64,000 bases of DNA. It comes from Dehalococcoidia bacterium (GTDB lineage Bacteria > Chloroflexota > Dehalococcoidia > UBA2979). Location: NCBI GenBank assembly GCA_965219085.1, contig OZ244720.1:1504001-1568000 (forward strand), read 5' to 3'. Positions 58,836 through 64,000 of this stretch are shown one piece after another. Numbering within the stretch: the first letter of the stretch is position 1; every line of letters begins with the position of its first letter. The translations under genes were made by a program, and so were the position numbers. The notes beneath the pieces are model-generated. The model did not search any database and was not told the DNA's origin. It saw only the letters and a list, made by a program, of their open reading frames with translations.

Positions 58836-59498
58836 GGCCAGGGCCTCGGCGAAGAACGGCCCGACGGCCTGCTCGATCGCGTACTCGTCGCCCCACCAGA
58901 AGTGGTCGGCGCCGGCGACGACGCGCACCGTCGCCTCGCCCGCGCACGCCGCGGCGAGGGCGTTCAGGCCGTCCTCGCTGCTGCCCTCGTCGTCGCTGCC
59001 GGAGATGAGGAGCAGCGGGCCCGTGTAGGCCCCGAGGGTTTCGCTCGCGCCCTCGGCCATCATCAGCGGCAGCGAGATCAGCGCGAGCGCCGGCAGCGCG
59101 TCGCTCACGACGCCCACCACCGTGCCCGCGCCGAAGGAGTAGCCGGCGAGGGCGACGCGGTCGGCGTCGATCTCGTCGAGGGTGGCGACGTAGGCGAGCA
59201 CTGTCGTGGCGTCGGTGAGCGCCTCGTCGCGGTCACCGGCGACGCCGTCGCTGGCGCCGACGCCGCGGAAGTTGAACATCACGGCGGCGATGCCGCGCGC
59301 GACGACGCTGGAGGCGACGGCGGCGACGACGTTGTTGTGCATCGACCCGCCGTACTGCGGGTGCGGGTGGCAGATCACGACCGCGGGGAACGGGCCTGTA
59401 TCTGCATGCGGGGATACCCCGCTGGCTCCCTCGGGCAGCGTGAGCACGCCTTCGAGGCTGGCGCCGTCGCTCTCGATGGTGATGCGGCGTTGCGGCAT
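58815..59498 (-). CDS. Alpha/beta hydrolase
   Basis: CHPHPQYGGSM.N.VV, FNFRGVG.S, GYSFGA, GADHFW. Confidence 0.9.
   Translation of the reverse strand: MPQRRITIESDGASLEGVLTLPEGASGVSPHADTGPFPAVVICHPHPQYGGSMHNNVVAAVASSVVARGIAAVMFNFRGVGASDGVAGDRDEALTDATTVLAYVATLDEIDADRVALAGYSFGAGTVVGVVSDALPALALISLPLMMAEGASETLGAYTGPLLLISGSDDEGSSEDGLNALAAACAGEATVRVVAGADHFWWGDEYAIEQAVGPFFAEALARGVSPR
59394..59423 (+). repeat. Fourth copy of the GCGGGGATACCCCG element
   Basis: GCCTGTATCTGCATGCGGGGATACCCCGCT; encodes SGVSPHADT inside the hydrolase. Confidence 0.8.
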
Positions 59499-59626
59499 GG
59501 CGGCTCCCCCGTGGGCTTGCGGTGCGCTCGGTGCGCTCAGTGCGGCGCAGCCTACCGCATCGGCGGGGCGTCGCGACGCGACGGTGGCGAGGGTATGCTC
59601 GCGCTCCGGAAAGAGGAGGGTGAACA

Positions 59627-60058
59627 GTGCCGAAATTCCAGTACTTCTCCGTGGCCGTGCGCGACCTCGAGGCGGGCATCAAGCGCTACGAAGAGATGTT
59701 CGGGCTCAAGCAGACGGGCGAGATCTTCGAGCAGCGGTGGGGCTTCCGCGGCGTCATGATGGGCAACGACGACGGCAACATGCTCGAGCTGATCTCGCCG
59801 CAGCGCGAGGACTCGGCGCTCAAGCGCTTCATGGACATGCGCTCAGGCGACGCGTACCCGGACGGCGAGGGCCTCTACCTGATCGGCATGGAGGTCGACG
59901 ACATCGACGAGGCGGTGCAGCGCGCGCAGGACGCCGGCGCCACCGTCACGCTCGAGGAGGAGTCGCCGACGAGCGCGTGGATCCACCCGCTCAGCAACGG
60001 CAACGTCTTCGTCGAGTTCAACCAGGTCAGCGACGACGACGAAGAGGGCGACGGCTAG
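59627..60058 (+). CDS. VOC family protein (methylmalonyl-CoA epimerase-like fold)
   Basis: VAVRDLE, LELISP, GEGLY.I..EVDDI, WIHP...NG.FVEF. Confidence 0.85.
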   Translation: MPKFQYFSVAVRDLEAGIKRYEEMFGLKQTGEIFEQRWGFRGVMMGNDDGNMLELISPQREDSALKRFMDMRSGDAYPDGEGLYLIGMEVDDIDEAVQRAQDAGATVTLEEESPTSAWIHPLSNGNVFVEFNQVSDDDEEGDG

Positions 60059-60218
60059 CCGCTCCCCCGCTTCCCCGGGGCTTTGTGCTGCTCCTCCGCG
60101 CAGCGCGGGATCGCAGCGGCGCGCGCCGTTAGCATCGAACGCAGCACGCCCGTGCGTCGCACGGGTGCTACCGGCCCCGCATCGCGGGGCCGGGTGGCGC
60201 GCGAGCGCCGGGGGGGAC

Positions 60219-61442
60219 ATGCGCCAGGCCCTCGTCCTCATCACGCTTGCGACGCTGGTGACGGCGCCGGCGCTGTACCTGCGCGTCACCGGCAGCCACA
60301 TCGAACTCGTCACCGACACGGCGCTGTACGGGCTCGCGATCGTGGCGGCGGCGTTCCTGCTGGCCTGGGCGGCCGAGGCGGCGGAGGTCGACATCTCGCA
60401 GGCGCTCGCGGTCGCGTTCATCGCGTTCGTGGCGGTGCTGCCGGAGTACGCCGTCGACCTCACGTTCGCGTGGAAGGCGGGCCAGGACCCGGAGTACGCG
60501 CCGTTTGCGGTGGCGAACATGACCGGCGCGAACCGGCTGCTGATCGGCATCGGCTGGTCGGCAGTGTTCTTCATCTTCTGGATCCGGACGCGCGGCAACG
60601 TGCTGAGCCTGGGCCGCGGTAACGCGCTCGACGTGGTCGCGCTGGGGGCGGCGACGCTGTACTCGTTCACGATCCCGCTCAAGGGCTCGATCAGCCTGTT
60701 CGACACGGTGATCCTGTTCGCGATCTTCATCGCGTACATCTACGGCGTCTCGCGCGCGGAGGGCGAGGAGCCGCACCTCGTCGGTCCGGCCGCGTGGCTC
60801 GGGGGACTCGCGCAGAAGCGACGCCGCGCGGCGAACGCGTGGCTGTTCATCTTCTCCGCCGCCGTGATCCTCGCCTCGGCCGAGCACTTCGCCGAGGGAC
60901 TCGTCGAGAGCGGGACGAAGCTCGGCATCGACGAGTTCCTGCTGGTGCAGTGGCTGGCGCCGCTGGCATCGGAGGCGCCCGAGTTCCTGGTGGCGGGCAT
61001 CCTCGCGTTCCGCGGGCGCGCGGCGGTGGGGCTGGCGGCGCTGCTGTCGTCGAAGGTGAACCAGTGGACGCTGCTGGTGGGGGGCTTGCCGGTGGCGTTC
61101 AGCATCTCGGGCGAGACGCTGGGCGGTTTGCCGCTGGACGGCCGGCAGACCGAGGAGGTGCTCCTGACGGCGGCGCAGTCGCTGTTCGCAGTGATGGTGC
61201 TGGTCAATCTCAGCCTCGGACGCTACGAGGCGGGGGCGCTGCTCGGCCTGTTCCTGGTCCAGTTCCTGATCCCGATCAGCGAGGTGCGGCTGGTGATCGC
61301 GGGCATCTACATCGTGCTGGCGGTGGTGCTGATGGTCCGCGAGCGCCGCGAGCTGCGGCAGCTGATCGGGTGGGCGCGGATGGCGATCCAGGACCGGGAG
61401 CGGCTGGATGCCGAGTCCAGCGGGGGCACATCGCACGGATGA
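60219..61442 (+). CDS. Sodium/calcium exchanger (CaCA) family antiporter
   Basis: Alpha repeats AVLPEYAVD...ANMTGAN and PLASEAPE...SSKVNQ; many TM helices. Confidence 0.88.
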   Translation: MRQALVLITLATLVTAPALYLRVTGSHIELVTDTALYGLAIVAAAFLLAWAAEAAEVDISQALAVAFIAFVAVLPEYAVDLTFAWKAGQDPEYAPFAVANMTGANRLLIGIGWSAVFFIFWIRTRGNVLSLGRGNALDVVALGAATLYSFTIPLKGSISLFDTVILFAIFIAYIYGVSRAEGEEPHLVGPAAWLGGLAQKRRRAANAWLFIFSAAVILASAEHFAEGLVESGTKLGIDEFLLVQWLAPLASEAPEFLVAGILAFRGRAAVGLAALLSSKVNQWTLLVGGLPVAFSISGETLGGLPLDGRQTEEVLLTAAQSLFAVMVLVNLSLGRYEAGALLGLFLVQFLIPISEVRLVIAGIYIVLAVVLMVRERRELRQLIGWARMAIQDRERLDAESSGGTSHG

Positions 61443-61461
61443 GCGCTACAGGAGTCGTCAG

Positions 61462-61704
61462 ATGAGCGCGGCAACGATCGAGGACTACCTGAGGCGGCCG
61501 TACCACATCGAGATCGTCACGAGCGAGAGCGAGGACGGCGACTCCGGCTGGGTCGCGGAGGTGCGCGAACTCAAGGGCTGTATCGCCCAGGGACGCACGC
61601 ACGCAGAGCTCTTCGAGAACACCGAGCGCGCGATGACCGCGTGGATCGACGACGCCTTGCACGCGGGCGATCCCATCCCGGGCCCGACCGAGGCTTCGTC
61701 CTAG
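61462..61704 (+). CDS. HicB-family antitoxin (short, no HicA adjacent)
   Basis: Y.I.I...EDG.GWVAEV.EL.GCIAQG.T..E...N...A...W......GDPIP. Confidence 0.85.
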   Translation: MSAATIEDYLRRPYHIEIVTSESEDGDSGWVAEVRELKGCIAQGRTHAELFENTERAMTAWIDDALHAGDPIPGPTEASS

Positions 61705-62555
61705 AGTTCGATGATCTCGGCCGGCTCGGGCGCAGGAATGCGGCGTTCGCGCGGCGCGCGGGCGGCCTCCAGGCGCGATAGCAACGCCAGCGCCTTGCGC
61801 GTGTCCGACGCCACCCGCGCCGGCTCGGCCAGCCGGAAGCGGTACTTCGAGCACCAGTACGTGAACGCCGCCAGCTCCGCCTGGCTCACGTTCGACCCGA
61901 GGCTGGCCCCGGTCTCGGCGCGGTACTCAGCGGTGAGTTCGGCGAACGTCTTGCCGTAGACGCGCTCGTAGGCAGCCACGTCGGAGGGCTCGCCGCGCGG
62001 GCCCTCCAGGTGGCGCGCCTTGTGCAGGTCCTGCTCGGCCTGCAGCAGCAGCGCCTCCTCGACCGTCACGCCGTACTGGAAGTTGAGGTGCGCGCGGTAC
62101 TTCTCACGGCCGATGGTGCGCGCGAACGCCTCCTCCGAGGGGTCCTCGCCCACAGGCGGCTTGCCTTCGAACAGCAGCCGCTCCGCCTCTTTGGCCGGGA
62201 CGAGCTCGCCGGCGGCGTCGATCAGGCGCTCGGCGAGCCGCCGCCAGTCGAACGCCTCGCCGCCGAGCAGGTAGCGGTACGTCGCATCGTCGACCGTCTC
62301 CTCGGGCGTCACCCAGCGCGCCACGACGCCGAGCAGCGCCGGGTACCACGGCTCGCCGGCGTGCAGCGCGTCGAGGAACGCCTCGACGCCATCTTCGGCG
62401 CCGAGCGGGGGCAGGAGCGGCAGGTCCGAGTCGGCGAAGGTGTCGAATCCCGGGTGGGTCTCCGCGCCGGGTGCGCGCCGGGCGCCGTTGCCGCGGGACG
62501 TGGATGCGCCCGCGCGCCGCGAGCGCTTCGTCGTGCCGCCGCGGGCGGGGGTCAC
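61701..62555 (-). CDS. Conserved hypothetical protein coupled to secA
   Basis: GTGA overlap with secA stop; [36 protein letters not shown]. Confidence 0.75.
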   Translation of the reverse strand: MTPARGGTTKRSRRAGASTSRGNGARRAPGAETHPGFDTFADSDLPLLPPLGAEDGVEAFLDALHAGEPWYPALLGVVARWVTPEETVDDATYRYLLGGEAFDWRRLAERLIDAAGELVPAKEAERLLFEGKPPVGEDPSEEAFARTIGREKYRAHLNFQYGVTVEEALLLQAEQDLHKARHLEGPRGEPSDVAAYERVYGKTFAELTAEYRAETGASLGSNVSQAELAAFTYWCSKYRFRLAEPARVASDTRKALALLSRLEAARAPRERRIPAPEPAEIIEL

Positions 62556-64000
62556 GCCGCCCGTCCGTGGCAGCGCTTGTACTTCTTGCCCGAGCCGCAC
62601 GGGCACTGCTGGTTGCGGCCCACCTTGGCCACGACACGCGTGACGGCGCCTGCGGCCGCACCATTGTCGTCGCCCGGCCCGCTCGCGCGCGCGCCCATGG
62701 GGATCGCGGGCCGCGGCCGCGGCGCCTCTACGGGCCGGGCGTGGAAGAGCTGGCGCGCGACGGTGGATCGGATGTTTTCGAGCAACTGCTCCCACATATC
62801 GTGGGCCTCGCGCTTGTAGGTCACGAGCGGGTTCGCCTGCCCGTAGGCGCGCAGGCCGATGCCCTGGCGCAGCTCGTCGACGGCCGTGAGGTGCTGCACC
62901 CACAGCGCGTCGATGGTGCGCGCCAGCACCATGCGCTCGATCACGCGCTGCAGCTCCTCGCCGGTCTCCTGCTCGAGCTCCGCGTAGTGGTCGAGTGCGA
63001 ACTCGATGAGGCGGTCGACGGTGTCCTCGGCGGGCTGGTCGGCGATCTCGTCCACGGGGAACGCGTCGCCCAGCGGCACGATCGCGTCGACGGCGACGCG
63101 GAACGCGTCGTGGTCCTTGGCCTCGCCGAGGTGTTCGTCGCCGAGGGCGCGCAGCTCGTCCTCGACCATGCCGAGGGTGGTCTCGCGCAGCGACTCGCCG
63201 GCGAGGACCTTGTCGCGCTCGCTGTAGATCACGTCGCGGTGCTGGTTCATCACGTCGTCGTAGTCGACGACATGCTTGCGGATGTCGAAGTGGTAGGCCT
63301 CGACCTTGGCCTGCGCGGTCTCGATGGCGCGCGTCACGGCCTTGGATTCGAGGGGCATGCCCTCCTCCATGCCGAGCTTGCTCATCACGCCCGGCAGCCA
63401 GTCCGGCGCGAAGCGCTTCATGATGTCGTCCTCGAACGACACGAAGAATCGCGAGGAGCCGGGGTCGCCCTGGCGGCCCGAGCGACCGCGCAGCTGGTTG
63501 TCGACGCGCCGCGACTCGTGCCGCTCGGTGCCGACGATGTGCAGGCCGCCGGCCCTGGCGACGCCGTCGCCGAGCTTGATGTCGGTGCCGCGCCCGGCCA
63601 TGTTCGTCGCGATGGTGACCGCGCCGCGCTGGCCCGCGCGGGCGATGATCGTGGCCTCGCGGTGGTGCTGCTTCGCGTTGAGCACCTCGTGGTCGGTCCC
63701 GCGGCGGCGCAGCAGGTCCGACAGCAGTTCCGAGTCCTCGATCGAGACCGTGCCGACGAGGACCGGGCGGCCTTCCACGTTACGCTCCATCACCTCGTCG
63801 ACGACGGCGTTGAACTTCTCGCGCTGCGAGCGGTAGACGAGGTCGGCCGAGTCCTCGCGGACCATCGGGCGGTGTGTGGGGATGATCAGGACGTCGAGCT
63901 TGTAGATCTCGTGGAACTCCTCGGCGTCGGTGACGGCGGTGCCGGTCATGCCGGAGAGCGTCTCGTAGAGGCGGAAGAAGTTCTGGAGTGTGATCGTCGC
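62552..64000 (-). CDS. secA: Preprotein translocase SecA, C-terminal part
   Basis: [42 protein letters not shown] motif [13 protein letters not shown]. Confidence 0.98.
   Translation of the reverse strand, partial: ATITLQNFFRLYETLSGMTGTAVTDAEEFHEIYKLDVLIIPTHRPMVREDSADLVYRSQREKFNAVVDEVMERNVEGRPVLVGTVSIEDSELLSDLLRRRGTDHEVLNAKQHHREATIIARAGQRGAVTIATNMAGRGTDIKLGDGVARAGGLHIVGTERHESRRVDNQLRGRSGRQGDPGSSRFFVSFEDDIMKRFAPDWLPGVMSKLGMEEGMPLESKAVTRAIETAQAKVEAYHFDIRKHVVDYDDVMNQHRDVIYSERDKVLAGESLRETTLGMVEDELRALGDEHLGEAKDHDAFRVAVDAIVPLGDAFPVDEIADQPAEDTVDRLIEFALDHYAELEQETGEELQRVIERMVLARTIDALWVQHLTAVDELRQGIGLRAYGQANPLVTYKREAHDMWEQLLENIRSTVARQLFHARPVEAPRPRPAIPMGARASGPGDDNGAAAGAVTRVVAKVGRNQQCPCGSGKKYKRCHGRAA

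Overview
High-GC bacterial chromosome segment. Gene content, gene order and protein features point to Chloroflexota, probably Dehalococcoidia-like (inference). Most of the window is housekeeping: glyA; rpsF-ssb-rpsR; hom-thrC; folE-mshA-like-PIG-L; an unbroken rpsL-rpsG-fusA-tuf-S10-spc-alpha-truA-rplM-rpsI superoperon (about 14.7-37.1 kb); a SAM-cycle/methionine-salvage operon; plsX; trxA; groES-groEL with a CIRCE element; and a partial secA. Main signals: (1) a ferredoxin:thioredoxin reductase catalytic subunit whose CHC motif reads CH-UGA, followed by a SECIS-like hairpin, lying next to trxA and 4 kb from tRNA-Sec (a selenoprotein the ORF track cuts short); (2) a non-canonical CsoR-family repressor whose TACCCC-N3-GGGGTA operator occurs both at trxA and 38 kb away before folE-mshA-like-deacetylase, suggesting a thiol-redox regulon; (3) four same-orientation copies of GCGGGGATACCCCG, resembling a type I-E CRISPR repeat, lying inside protein-coding genes either side of a decayed tRNA-Sec island (type IIG R-M pseudogene plus IS3); (4) a roughly 122-nt rod-like hairpin between promoter-like motifs in an AT-rich intergenic region; (5) long acidic repeat tails on several ribosomal proteins. 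No database searches or folding programs were run. All product calls come from motif recognition by eye.
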